DNA from: Actinomycetota bacterium
GTDB lineage: Bacteria > Actinomycetota > Aquicultoria > Subteraquimicrobiales > Subteraquimicrobiaceae
DNA: 64,000 nucleotides
Reading direction: 5' to 3'
NCBI GenBank assembly: GCA_030018275.1
Contig: JASEGB010000002.1
Location: 59,638 to 123,637, forward strand
Part shown: positions 48,585 through 58,291 of the stretch, one piece after another
Numbering within the stretch: position 1 is the stretch's first letter
Layout: the number at the start of each line of letters is the position of its first letter
Position numbers and translations under genes: made by a program
The notes under the pieces: model-generated
Databases searched by the model: none
Seen by the model: the letters and a program-made list of their open reading frames with translations, nothing else
What the model was told of the DNA's origin: nothing

Positions 48585-49691
48585 TCAGGTAACCAACCTT
48601 CCGTATGTGTCGTGATGCAGTTTTGCAATATTATCCCAAGAAAGTTCTTCTTTTAAAAGCCGTTCATTGCGGCAAAACAACTCCAGCTTTTTCTCATCAT
48701 TCAGCAAATCTAATATTGCGCCAGCAAGTACCTCACTATTCTTTGGCGGCACAGTTAGACCTATTCTATATTCCTGAACTACTTTCGCCATACCACCAAC
48801 ATCGGTTGCAATAATTGGTTTTTCATAGGTAATTGCCTCTCGATAGAGCACACCGCTTTGCGTGATATGGACGTACGGCAACACCATTAGCTTGGATGCA
48901 GAAACTATCGCTGGTATATCTAAGTCTTTAACAAAACCTGTAAAAAAAACTTTTCCTTCGAGCTCAAGATCATTAACCATTGACTTTAGCTTCCCAAGGT
49001 AATTCGCATGACTTGGCGATGCACCACCAGCTATTACTAGGACTAAACCTTTTCTTCTTTCTAGCACTTTGGGAAAAGCTGCGATAAGATACTCAAGGCC
49101 TTTATTTGGTCTTATGGCACCCAAAAAAGTTATCAAGACGCTGTTTCCCAAATTATATCTTTCTCTTATTTTCTGTTTTTCCAGTAATGTAACCTCTTTA
49201 GCTTGATCCACACCGTGAGGTATAGTCTCTACTTTTTCTGCATCAATTTTAAATTTGACAAGCAGTTCATTTTTGTGCTCTCTGGTATGAACTAAAATCT
49301 TATTTGTCAACCTATAAATTATGGTTTCATATAAATGAAAGAGAAGTTTTGTGAATATATTTAAATGCTTTTCATAAATACTTGACTTCTCATGAGCAGT
49401 AAGAACCAGTTTTGCTTTTACTCGAAACGGTTTCAAGCAGATAAGAAAAAGCGGGAAAAGGGGACCGCATATAGTAGGAGTATACTGAACGTGTACAATA
49501 TCAGGACGCTTTCTTAATACTTCATATAAGAACCCAAACCATGCTAACAAATGTTTCTTTTCCCTGTAAAAAAAAATCCTCCCTAAAATAACCTCGACAT
49601 CATTTCCCTTGAGGCCATCTATTAATTGTTTGGTATATTTTGAAACTCCGCAACCCTCCGTGGGGTAACTACTAACCACATAGACTTTCAA
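48585..49691 (-). CDS. Glycosyltransferase family 4 (GT-B, glycos_transf_1)
   Basis: 368 aa. C-terminal motif region PYVHITQSGVLYREAITYEKPIIATDVGG. Confidence 0.85.
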   Translation of the reverse strand: MKVYVVSSYPTEGCGVSKYTKQLIDGLKGNDVEVILGRIFFYREKKHLLAWFGFLYEVLRKRPDIVHVQYTPTICGPLFPLFLICLKPFRVKAKLVLTAHEKSSIYEKHLNIFTKLLFHLYETIIYRLTNKILVHTREHKNELLVKFKIDAEKVETIPHGVDQAKEVTLLEKQKIRERYNLGNSVLITFLGAIRPNKGLEYLIAAFPKVLERRKGLVLVIAGGASPSHANYLGKLKSMVNDLELEGKVFFTGFVKDLDIPAIVSASKLMVLPYVHITQSGVLYREAITYEKPIIATDVGGMAKVVQEYRIGLTVPPKNSEVLAGAILDLLNDEKKLELFCRNERLLKEELSWDNIAKLHHDTYGRLVT

Positions 49692-50791
49692 TTGTTTTCA
49701 CCTTGGATTAGTTCCCAAAACTCTTCAAAATATTCTTTAGCAATGCCTTCCCAACCAAAGTTACCTAAAGTAAATTCTCTGGCCCTTTCCCCAAAATCTT
49801 TCCGTTTTTGATCATTGTCTATCAATTCATTGATTCTATTCACATAATCACTTATGTTATAAGGCTCGACTAAGAAACCATTACAACCATCTTCTATTGC
49901 GTTTTGAATCCCCTCAAGTCTGGATGCAATCACTGGGAGAGCGCATGAAGATGCCTCCAGAGCGACAATTCCAAATCCCTCCATATCCCCTTTGACCTTT
50001 ATGTTTGGCATTATAAATATGTCAGATGCGTTGTAAAGCAACTTCAAAGTGTCGACATTTACCTCGCCCAACAATAGTACATAATCTTGCACGGTTTTTT
50101 CTCTTATGCTTTCTTCTATTCTTTCTTTCATTACTCCATCACCAGCAATTAAATATAGAATTTCTCTTCTTTTCTCAATAAGTTTTGGCATAATGTTTTC
50201 AATAAACCAGTGGAAGCCTTTTCTCTCAACCAGTCTTCCAACCGAAAGAAGAATTTCTCTCTCCGTAAGATCAATGCCTATTATCTTTGAGATTTGCCTT
50301 CTAAACTCACCCCTATCTCCATCCAGATAAAACTCATTAAAATCTATGCCTACGGTTATTACCGAGCATTTATCTGCTTTAATCCCCCTCCGCAGGCATT
50401 CCTCCCTCGTAGCCTCACTTATACAGATAATCTTGTTAGCCATATTGGTGAACCTTGGCACTACCGACTGATAAACTCTATTCGGATAAGTTATATCCAA
50501 GCCGTGAACTTTTACGACCACGGGTTTTCTGAAAATCTTCAAGAAAGGGATCAGGGGTGATAACAGAGCGTCACTTAAAAATACTGTATCAACATCTCTC
50601 CTTGCCCATAACAAAAAGAGTTTGAGAAAAGCATAGATGTAAAACAAGGGTGAATATTTGCCAAAGTTATTCGAGATAACCTTCAAATCCAGATGCTTAC
50701 TCAAATTGCAAGCCAAATCATAATTTAGTTTCTCCGCTCCTCCCACATCAGGAGGATAATTTCTGGCAATAAAAACCAGTTTCACGCTCAC
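49688..50791 (-). CDS. Glycosyltransferase family 4 (GT-B)
   Basis: 367 aa. C-terminal region EGFGIVALEASSCALPVIASRLEGI. Confidence 0.85.
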   Translation of the reverse strand: MSVKLVFIARNYPPDVGGAEKLNYDLACNLSKHLDLKVISNNFGKYSPLFYIYAFLKLFLLWARRDVDTVFLSDALLSPLIPFLKIFRKPVVVKVHGLDITYPNRVYQSVVPRFTNMANKIICISEATREECLRRGIKADKCSVITVGIDFNEFYLDGDRGEFRRQISKIIGIDLTEREILLSVGRLVERKGFHWFIENIMPKLIEKRREILYLIAGDGVMKERIEESIREKTVQDYVLLLGEVNVDTLKLLYNASDIFIMPNIKVKGDMEGFGIVALEASSCALPVIASRLEGIQNAIEDGCNGFLVEPYNISDYVNRINELIDNDQKRKDFGERAREFTLGNFGWEGIAKEYFEEFWELIQGENN

Positions 50792-50869
50792 GCCTCGTCA
50801 TTGCAATCTAGTGTTGGGCCTATCACGCTTATTTTCATAACCTAATTACCCTCTTACCCCTTTCCCCTA

Positions 50870-51010
50870 TTTCTCACGGAGAGAGTGAGATCCAGAAAGT
50901 ATCTTCCTCACAACGAAGTTATCGTCGGTGTGGCTCATTTTAAACTGAATCATCTCTCCTAATAATCCTAAAGTTGCAAATTGGACACCCATAAGCATTA
51001 GAAGAACACC
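50870..51010. repeat. Displaced copy of the 3' end of the GT2 gene at 52363-53328 (copy A)
   Basis: gtggctcattttaaactgaatcatctctcc...cccataagcattagaagaacaccgaaaag aligns to 52425-52515. Confidence 0.6.
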
Positions 51011-51059
51011 GAAAAGCAAAATATGGCGATAAAAACCACTTTATCTGCAGATGCATTTC

Positions 51060-51458
51060 CTAGGAGCTTTTCTTCTCAATCCATCTTTTAATAATGCGAT
51101 GAACATCTTCGGCTGCATTAAGTGCTTCTTTTGCATCTCCGAGAGAAGGCATGGAAACACTACTCGCTGGAACAGCGTCAGGATACCTAGTGGGGATATA
51201 GTACCCATCGATGACCTTGAATTCCTTCTCATATCCTAATAACTCCGTTTTGATTTCGTAACAAAGCGGCCAAAGTTCCACAAGCTTATGGGTCTTCGGA
51301 TAAAGCCTGCCATTAAAAAGTAAAAAAGCTTTTAAACTCTTCTCAACGGATTGCTGGGCTAAAAAGCAAACCTGAGCATAGAAAGCATTTTCCAACCCTA
51401 AACGAGCGAATTTTAAATCATCTTCAGCTCTAGATAACCATTTTTCATGCTGCTGCAT
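51060..51458 (-). CDS. HEPN-domain protein (toxin of a HEPN/MNT pair)
   Basis: 132 aa. It has a HEPN helix bundle. It overlaps the MNT gene by 14 nt. Confidence 0.75.
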   Translation of the reverse strand: MQQHEKWLSRAEDDLKFARLGLENAFYAQVCFLAQQSVEKSLKAFLLFNGRLYPKTHKLVELWPLCYEIKTELLGYEKEFKVIDGYYIPTRYPDAVPASSVSMPSLGDAKEALNAAEDVHRIIKRWIEKKSS

Positions 51459-51834
51459 CGTAAATCACTTTACCTTTTTCCAAAACCTCCTTCTGAAAAA
51501 ACAGATTGCTTTTTGCCTCCTCCTCAAATTCTTCCGGCGTATACACCAGAAAATCAATACCTACGTCATAGTCACATAAAGTGATTACCTCTTTTAATCT
51601 TTCATAAAAACCTGTATTTGTTTTTTTTATGATGAGCAAATCGATATCGCTTGTTAGTGAAATTTGTCCACTAACAATGGAACCGAACAGGATTATCTTC
51701 TCTGGCTTATATTTCTCTTTTAAAGTGCTAACGATAGATTCAATATTCCTTTCTAAAAGCTTTTTTCTGCTTTCACACAAATTCTTAGTCACTCTACCTC
51801 TCCTCTCCGTTTTGCTTTCAAGATACTGCTCCAA
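51445..51834 (-). CDS. Minimal nucleotidyltransferase (MNT antitoxin)
   Basis: 129 aa. Motif GSIVSGQISLTSDIDLLI. TTG start. Confidence 0.75.
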   Translation of the reverse strand: MEQYLESKTERRGRVTKNLCESRKKLLERNIESIVSTLKEKYKPEKIILFGSIVSGQISLTSDIDLLIIKKTNTGFYERLKEVITLCDYDVGIDFLVYTPEEFEEEAKSNLFFQKEVLEKGKVIYDAAA

Positions 51835-51949
51835 TTCGGCAATAAACTTCTCTGCGTCTCTAACAACTATCTCATCCGTGGTTCGTCAATTTTTATCTTG
51901 ATGCTATAGTCAGACTCCTCTCTTTCCTTGCGAATGTAATCATCTGTAC

Positions 51950-52200
51950 ACCTCTCACATCAACGATGTTAATACCCATTATAACTTCTCTTACTACCCC
52001 AATCTAACCTCGCATCTTTTATTTTTCGAAGTTGTAATCTTCGCCTGCTATAGCCTCTCGCTATACAAGAAATCTTATCCTCTTTGCTCACTATCCCAAT
52101 GCTGAGAGCCAATAATTCTTCTTATGGTAAAGTTATCATTAATGTGGCTCATTCCAGACTGAATCATCTCTCCTCCACTCGTCTCTAAATTCTTTGACAA
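51950..52200. repeat. Degenerate duplicate (copy B) of 52298-52500, the GT2 3' end plus about 80 bp of its downstream flank
   Basis: cacatcaacgatgttaatacccattataacttctcttactacc matches catctcaatagatgttaatacccattataactacttttactaacc. The GT2 tail homology follows it. Confidence 0.6.
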
Positions 52201-52362
52201 TATCTTCCCACTTCATAGTAATTGCCTCCTTCCCAATTCCATAAATCTATTCCGTCCCTTTCGATACTATTATAAAGAGGGTCGGCGACAGACACCTCTC
52301 ATCTCAATAGATGTTAATACCCATTATAACTACTTTTACTAACCCAGTCTAACCTGCATTTT

Positions 52363-53328
52363 TTATTTTCCGAAGTTTTGTGAGCGCTGAGAGCCAAGAA
52401 TCCTTCTTATTGTAAAGTTTTCGCTGGTGTCACTCATTTTAAATTGAATCATCTCCCCGAGTAATCCCAGAGAGATAAATTGGATTCCCATAAGCATTAA
52501 TAGAACACCGAAAAGTAGAAGAGGTCTGTGACCAATTCCTTGACCCATAAACCAAAGTACAGATAGATAGGCATTGATGATGAATCCCAAAATCAACATG
52601 ATCAGTCCCAGTAGTCCGAAAAGATGCAAAGGCTTTAAGCAGTAGTCGGTCAAAAACATGACAGTGAGTAGGTCGAGAAAGCCTCTGATGTAGCGTATCG
52701 CTCCGTACTTCGATTGCCCCGATTGCCTCGGTCTGTGGTTTATTTTGACTTCCCCAACCTTGAAGCCCTTCCCGTGAACAAGAACGGGAAGATACCTATG
52801 TAGCTCCCCGTAAAGCTTTATGCCCTTGGCTGTCTCTCGCCTATATACTTTGAATCCGCAGTTAAAGTCGTGGAGTTTTATTCCGCTTATTAAGGAGGTG
52901 ACCTGATTGAAAAGTTTTGAGGGAACCCTTTTTGAGAAGGAATCATGTCGAGGATATCTCCAGCCGGAGACGAGGTCGTATCCCTCCTCGATTTTTGAGA
53001 GGAATTTGGGAATCTCTGCTGGATCGTCTTGAAGATCGGCATCCATGGTGATAATTATTTTACCATCCGCATATTTGAATCCAGCAGAAAGGGCAGCAGC
53101 TTTTCCAAAATTACGCCGCAATTGAATGATCTTTACCGCTTTATCCTTGGCGTACAACTTCTCAAGGGAAGATATAGAACCATCTGAGCTTCCATCATCA
53201 ACGAAGACTATCTCGTAGCTCTTCCCGAGATTAGATAATGTGCTTGTGAGCTGTTTGTGGAGTTGTTCAAGACTCTGGCTCTCATTGTAAACTGGAATGA
53301 CTATGGAGATTTCATTCAAATTGATCAA
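52363..53328 (-). CDS. GT2 polyprenol-phosphate glycosyltransferase (ArnC/GtrB-like) with two C-terminal TM helices
   Basis: 321 aa. It carries IPVYNE, VFVDDGSSDGS and DADLQDDP, then a TM pair. Confidence 0.85.
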   Translation of the reverse strand: MINLNEISIVIPVYNESQSLEQLHKQLTSTLSNLGKSYEIVFVDDGSSDGSISSLEKLYAKDKAVKIIQLRRNFGKAAALSAGFKYADGKIIITMDADLQDDPAEIPKFLSKIEEGYDLVSGWRYPRHDSFSKRVPSKLFNQVTSLISGIKLHDFNCGFKVYRRETAKGIKLYGELHRYLPVLVHGKGFKVGEVKINHRPRQSGQSKYGAIRYIRGFLDLLTVMFLTDYCLKPLHLFGLLGLIMLILGFIINAYLSVLWFMGQGIGHRPLLLFGVLLMLMGIQFISLGLLGEMIQFKMSDTSENFTIRRILGSQRSQNFGK

Positions 53329-53368
53329 CCCCGATTAATATTCTGCACTTTTGGCAAAAATAACGGTA

Positions 53369-53526
53369 AAAACAGGTCTTTAGACCCGTGAGGCTATTGA
53401 CAGGCGAGAAATCTTGCTCCTCGCATGTATGAAAGCACTATAATTGTTAACAATCACCTGTTAATAATAACAGACCTGAAGGTCTGTTTCTACAGGTCTA
53501 AAGGTCGTGCCTGACCTGAAGGGTCA
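53369..53526. repeat. Repeat-rich intergenic block holding aacaggtct-family hairpins, a gcgag hairpin and a gtcattgcgag-family element (to 53590)
   Basis: aaaacaggtctttagacccgtg. gcgagaaatcttgctcctcgc. cagacctgaaggtctgtttctacaggtctaaaggtcgtgcctgacctgaagggtcat. ggattgcttcggctacgcctcgcaatgac. Confidence 0.65.
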
Positions 53527-53688
53527 TTTCCGAGCACAGCTAAGAATCTCAAAGGGATTGCTTCGGCTACGCCTCGCAATGACGAATAATGGTTGCTATC
53601 CACTATTTTGGGAGAAGAGCCGTAAATTATTATTTCTCCAGAGCAGCTTTAAATCCTCCCACTCAATTTGATGCTTCACGAGTTAACT

Positions 53689-55050
53689 TCATTTGTCGAT
53701 ATGGTGAGTCCCAATCCGAATCTCTATGCCCTGCGATTTCTTTAAGCTCATGAATACTAAATATATCATCCAAATTGAAACCGCTGTAAAAACGCTTCTA
53801 AAAATCCCGATGAAGTTATCAACGGGATAAACACTAGAGATAATCTCCGAAGGACTGAGCAGACTAGCAAAGAAGCTTGGATGAACAGGGCATAGTAAAT
53901 AACCAGCAAGGGCTCTTCCCCATTGAAAAGTATACACCACAAAACAGACAATCTGGATAAGATGGAGTTTCAAGTATTTAATGTCCTCAGCAATTGCAAA
54001 CACCAGGAAGAATGTCAACCAACTCAAATATTGGGGATGGAATCGAGATATGGAAAAAAAGAGTAAAAGAATTAAAAGGGGATATCCCCAGGCATCCGCA
54101 AAATTGCCCTTTGAGAAATAAAAGCAATATATGAGGATAAGTGTGTAGCAAACAACAAAGATATAAAGGTAATCATGATAACCAAGGAAAAAACTCATGC
54201 TATAAAAATATCTAGTCTCTGGCATTTTTAGCCACGTGCTAATCTCACCGAAATAACCTATGAAAAGCCTATACGCAACCGCTAGAACAATTAAAGGTGA
54301 AAGTGCCCATGCAAAAATCTTCATTCGGGAAAGGAGGGTTCGCCCAAGCATAAATGCAATGGGAATTATAAATAGCAAAGGAAAGGCTCGGATAGTGACA
54401 CTTAATCCCAGTATGATCATAGCGAAGCATAAGCGTTCCCGTTGCAATAAATATAAAAAGAGAAAAATGAAAAAAGCTATCAATACCTCATATCTACCAA
54501 AAATATATGTGCCAAAAATGCAGATTGGGTTCACCATCCAGAATTTAAAGGCTCTTAAACCTTGAGGCACCTTCTTGAAAAGATACAGGAGCAAGATTGC
54601 ACAGGCGATATCGAATAATAGATAGGGAAATTTGAGGAGAAAGAGCGTTCGAAAGATATTTTGGTGATTGCAAAACTTGAAAAAGGTTTGCCACACCAGT
54701 GGAGATTCCCAAGTCTTGGCTCCCCACCACCATGGGTGAGTCCAAATCTCGTTATAATAAGGCATAAGCGGGGTGAAGATATAAAGGGTAAGAGCATGAA
54801 TGAAATGAGCGCCAACATTGATGGATGCACGGGTTAAATTGTGGTGGTAAACGATCTCATGGGCTCTCCAATATATTGCCAATAGGTCAGCATGAGCTGC
54901 AAAGGGCATTAGGATTAATCGAATAAGCAAGCCCAGAAGAAACCATTTTAGAAGAGTTAGAAGAGTTAAAGTTCTTTCGGGAGAGGAGCGGTATTGTTCC
55001 GGGATTAATTTATTGAATATGGATCCGGGGTAAAGTGATAATTTTTTCAA
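53689..55050 (-). CDS. Polytopic membrane protein (GT-C-like candidate)
   Basis: 453 aa, about 11 TM helices. It sits adjacent to the ArnC/GtrB-like GT2. Confidence 0.5.
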   Translation of the reverse strand: MKKLSLYPGSIFNKLIPEQYRSSPERTLTLLTLLKWFLLGLLIRLILMPFAAHADLLAIYWRAHEIVYHHNLTRASINVGAHFIHALTLYIFTPLMPYYNEIWTHPWWWGAKTWESPLVWQTFFKFCNHQNIFRTLFLLKFPYLLFDIACAILLLYLFKKVPQGLRAFKFWMVNPICIFGTYIFGRYEVLIAFFIFLFLYLLQRERLCFAMIILGLSVTIRAFPLLFIIPIAFMLGRTLLSRMKIFAWALSPLIVLAVAYRLFIGYFGEISTWLKMPETRYFYSMSFFLGYHDYLYIFVVCYTLILIYCFYFSKGNFADAWGYPLLILLLFFSISRFHPQYLSWLTFFLVFAIAEDIKYLKLHLIQIVCFVVYTFQWGRALAGYLLCPVHPSFFASLLSPSEIISSVYPVDNFIGIFRSVFTAVSIWMIYLVFMSLKKSQGIEIRIGTHHIDK

Positions 55051-55443
55051 CTGAACTCCTTATCCTTTTTCAACACGCCACATCAATAAAAAACTTCTCT
55101 CCTGACCAGAGAGTTGGTTCTTGTATTTTGTGTTCCGATTAGCAAAGAATCTTTGAGGATATCTGGGTTAACTCAGGTATTTTCACGCTCAACATATCCC
55201 CTTATTTCCACGGAGAGCGAGATCGGGAAAGGATTTTTCCGCTGTTTCCAGATATTCTTGTGAACTTTCCAGACGGACTTCTACAAGAGTTTTTGTGCTG
55301 ATTTATATTCGCCTGCCCCGTTGCTTCTGGCGGGTTCGGGACCATTAGACATTAGGCATTTGTTCATCGGTTTCTTTTCCACATTCATTTCCCCACTTCA
55401 TAATTTCCAGCTTTCTCAATCCGCATCCGGTAATTACACTTGG

Positions 55444-55803
55444 TCATTTAATAAGTGGACGGATACGAATTTTACCTTCGCTTGCTACAATAAAATGGTC
55501 TAATATCTGAGTAGGCTTTTTGGAAAGGATTGTCTCTAAAGCAGCGATTTTAAGAGAGGGTGACTCTTGAACAAATCGAAATAAAATAATCCCTCGTACT
55601 GGTAATCTTTGGCGATAAATAAGAAATCCAAAATCTTTATCGTTCGTGATTATAACTCTATTCGTGCGAAACGCATAATCCAATAAAAAAGAATCTTCGC
55701 GACTAGCAAGTTCTTTCGTAGTCGCGACAATAATATTATGACCTTTTTCGGCAAGATAATGAACAACCGACTGACCTATATTTTCATCAATTAGAAATTT
55801 CAT
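55444..55803 (-). CDS. DUF5615 / PIN-like (Mut7-C-like) putative toxin
   Basis: 119 aa. The N-terminus FLIDENIG is typical of DUF5615 partners of DUF433. Confidence 0.55.
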   Translation of the reverse strand: MKFLIDENIGQSVVHYLAEKGHNIIVATTKELASREDSFLLDYAFRTNRVIITNDKDFGFLIYRQRLPVRGIILFRFVQESPSLKIAALETILSKKPTQILDHFIVASEGKIRIRPLIK

Positions 55804-55813
55804 TAGAGAAATA

Positions 55814-56068
55814 TTACGTCTTCAGGATGGGGTAAACCTCCTCTTCTTCTATAATTTTCTCGGCATAAAGAAGCGCAGCACGAATATCATCTTTTTTTAA
55901 AGAAGGGTATTCTCTAATAATATCTTCATCCCGCCAGCCCTGGGCAACCAATTTTATAACCAACTCCACCGGAATACGTGTCCCCAAAATGATTGGTTTG
56001 CCTAGCAAAATCTTTGGATTAATTTCTATACGTTTCATAAAATCTTTCATTCTTAATCTCATCTCCAT
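55814..56068 (-). CDS. DUF433-family putative antitoxin
   Basis: 84 aa. PIILGTRIPVELV matches the DUF433 core. Confidence 0.55.
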   Translation of the reverse strand: MEMRLRMKDFMKRIEINPKILLGKPIILGTRIPVELVIKLVAQGWRDEDIIREYPSLKKDDIRAALLYAEKIIEEEEVYPILKT

Positions 56069-56191
56069 GCAATTGTTTTTGCAGCCCTGTTCCCACTTCT
56101 TCTTTACAGCCCAAGTTTAATGCAACATTAAGATAAAATCAACAAGCAGGTCCCAAATCAGATACCCAATCTAACTACATATCCACAACTT

Positions 56192-56587
56192 CTATTCCTT
56201 CCAGTCTTTTGAAAGTCTCTTATCAAATGTGGCTGCTCTCTTGTACCCCCTTTTCTTCACCAGGCAACCATTATAGGCATTTATGAATTCCATATTATCA
56301 TCCTTGTATTTCTCTATAGCCTCTTCTATTAAGTTCGCATTCATAACTTTAAGGCCTTTTGTGTGAAGAAGACTTTTTATTACATCCTTTACCTCTTCCT
56401 TAAGAAAACCGTAGTAAGACTCTAAAACCCATATAATTTCCGCTATTACCATCTCAGAGGTAACCAGCTTTATTTCTCCCTTTTCAGCCTTTTCAAATAA
56501 ATCCTTTGCCTTCTCGTAGAGGTCTTCGACATCAGCTACAAAGAACCTTAAAAAGACATTGGTGTCTACAAAGATCGGCTCACTCAC
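56192..56587 (-). CDS. vapC: PIN-domain toxin VapC
   Basis: 131 aa. FVDTNVFL N-terminus. Confidence 0.8.
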   Translation of the reverse strand: MSEPIFVDTNVFLRFFVADVEDLYEKAKDLFEKAEKGEIKLVTSEMVIAEIIWVLESYYGFLKEEVKDVIKSLLHTKGLKVMNANLIEEAIEKYKDDNMEFINAYNGCLVKKRGYKRAATFDKRLSKDWKE

Positions 56588-56834
56588 CCTTTAATCCTTC
56601 CTCCGCTACCCTTTTGGAGACCACCTTTTTGGTATAATCTCTTTCATTTCCTGCACCTATAGCTCTGCCTCTGGCAATCCCACCTAAACTTAACAATGAT
56701 CTTCTTTCAACTTTCTTAATCTTCACCATATCTCCTTCTAATTCAAAAATAACCTCATCCCCTTCTTTAATCCCAAGTTTTTCCCTCAACGCTTTCGGCA
56801 CAGTTACCTGTCCCTTTTTGGTTAATACTGGCAT
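56580..56834 (-). CDS. vapB: AbrB/SpoVT-family antitoxin (VapB)
   Basis: MPVLTKKGQVTVPKALREKLGIKEGDEV. It overlaps the vapC start. Confidence 0.65.
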   Translation of the reverse strand: MPVLTKKGQVTVPKALREKLGIKEGDEVIFELEGDMVKIKKVERRSLLSLGGIARGRAIGAGNERDYTKKVVSKRVAEEGLKGE

Positions 56835-57063
56835 TTCTTCAAGCAAAAATATCGCATCTCTCTTAACTAATACGTCTTCTGTCAACTTTTTTCTTCATCA
56901 GTGTTATCAGCACTATCCGTGCTCTCAGCGTTTCGTTATCCATATTCTCAGCGGTTGCCAAAGCAAATAGCTGAGGCAACAAATCAGCGTTATTCTTCTT
57001 GTCTGAGAATTGCTCAGCTTAGCAAATAAGGCAATGATGGGAGATTTAGGGTCAAATTTGTGC

Positions 57064-57285
57064 TTAACCATGAAAGGCCACTGCGTATCCTTTTTTTGGA
57101 ATTTCTCCAGTATAAAACAGAGCGATGTCTCCTCTCACTTTACTTTGCTTTTCATAGATCTCATCCCTTGCCTTACTGTGAGCAATAACTTCGCCTTCTA
57201 TTGGATGACCCAAGTCATCCGTCTTCAAGACCCTTAGAAGAACCCACTCATCCCTGTATTTCTTTTTGATCTCATCCACTCTCAT
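57064..57285 (-). CDS. Hypothetical small protein
   Basis: About 73 aa from the internal Met (MRVDEIKKKYRDEWVLL...). No recognisable motif. Confidence 0.35.
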   Translation of the reverse strand: MRVDEIKKKYRDEWVLLRVLKTDDLGHPIEGEVIAHSKARDEIYEKQSKVRGDIALFYTGEIPKKGYAVAFHG

Positions 57286-57618
57286 TTGTAGACCTCCTCT
57301 CTCCTTTATCCTTTTTCTTCTCCAATCATAACTAAATATCCAAGACAACCAAGTAAGGTCAAGCCAGAAATTACCAGCCCAATATAGAATAAACTCTGAG
57401 GCCAGAAATATAGGGTAATTGTGAAATTCTTGGTTCCAACCTTCTTAGGATCTAAGTACCATATTTTGTAGGATTGATTTCTCTCAAAAGTCTATCTTTC
57501 AGCCTATGTTTTTTCCGATAATCCTCAGGAATAGCAAGTCGACTTCTGAGAATAAAGTAAAGATCGAAGAAATCTCTGGGCGCTTTTCGTCTGAAAAGAG
57601 CTTCAAATTTTTCAACCA

Positions 57619-57828
57619 CTAAAGAATCTTCAAATCTAAATCCTCAGAAAAACGCGGGCTCCCGTAGATGATCTTTAGAGCGGTTCCGTCCTTAAACAAT
57701 AGCCTTTCGGAACCTTTCTGCTGGTAAAAGTAAGACAAAAAGAGGTGCTGACAATATTCGCGGGCTACGTTGAGGTCGCTTGTTTGAGCTTTGGTGGCAA
57801 ATCTCTTTATCGCATCCTTGGTGATCAT
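57619..57828 (-). pseudogene. AbiEii/DUF1814-type nucleotidyltransferase toxin. Only the N-terminal 69 aa are present.
   Basis: LLFKDGTALKIIYGSPRFSEDLDL matches the AbiEii N-terminal motif. An early stop follows. Confidence 0.5.
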
Positions 57829-58217
57829 AAGACATCCATGGCCAATTTCATTAAGTTTTCCCTTTTAAAAACCTTGGTGTATTCGATTACTCTTTTTTTG
57901 CGAAGATTTTTCGCCTGCAGCCTCTCGTTCATGCTTCTTTTCTTAAGATCAACAAAGTAGAGATAATCAACAAGAGCCTTTTCCGGCTCCGCAATGAAAA
58001 CGGTCAAGTCATCGATCTTTCTCGGCTCATATCCTGTAAAGGCCTCTTTTCTAATTTTGTAATATCGGTAGATTTTATTTAACACTTCGAACTCCCTCGT
58101 TGGCTTGGTTGTCGCAGAAGTAATGGTGTAAACAGTTTCGGGGATAAGGTGGTAGTAAGACAAGGCATATTCGAAGGAAACATAGGAAGGCTGATAAAGT
58201 TTGTTCGCTTCACTCAC
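57825..58217 (-). CDS. AbiEi-like antitoxin C-terminal domain protein
   Basis: 130 aa. SFEYALSYYHLIPETVYTITSATTKPTREF resembles the AbiEi C-terminal region. Confidence 0.45.
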   Translation of the reverse strand: MSEANKLYQPSYVSFEYALSYYHLIPETVYTITSATTKPTREFEVLNKIYRYYKIRKEAFTGYEPRKIDDLTVFIAEPEKALVDYLYFVDLKKRSMNERLQAKNLRKKRVIEYTKVFKRENLMKLAMDVL

Positions 58218-58291
58218 TCCCTTCTCAGCCAGTCCACTTTGATCAGACTCTCTACCTGCTCCAAATCGGGGTCACCGCTTAAAAGTGGAGC

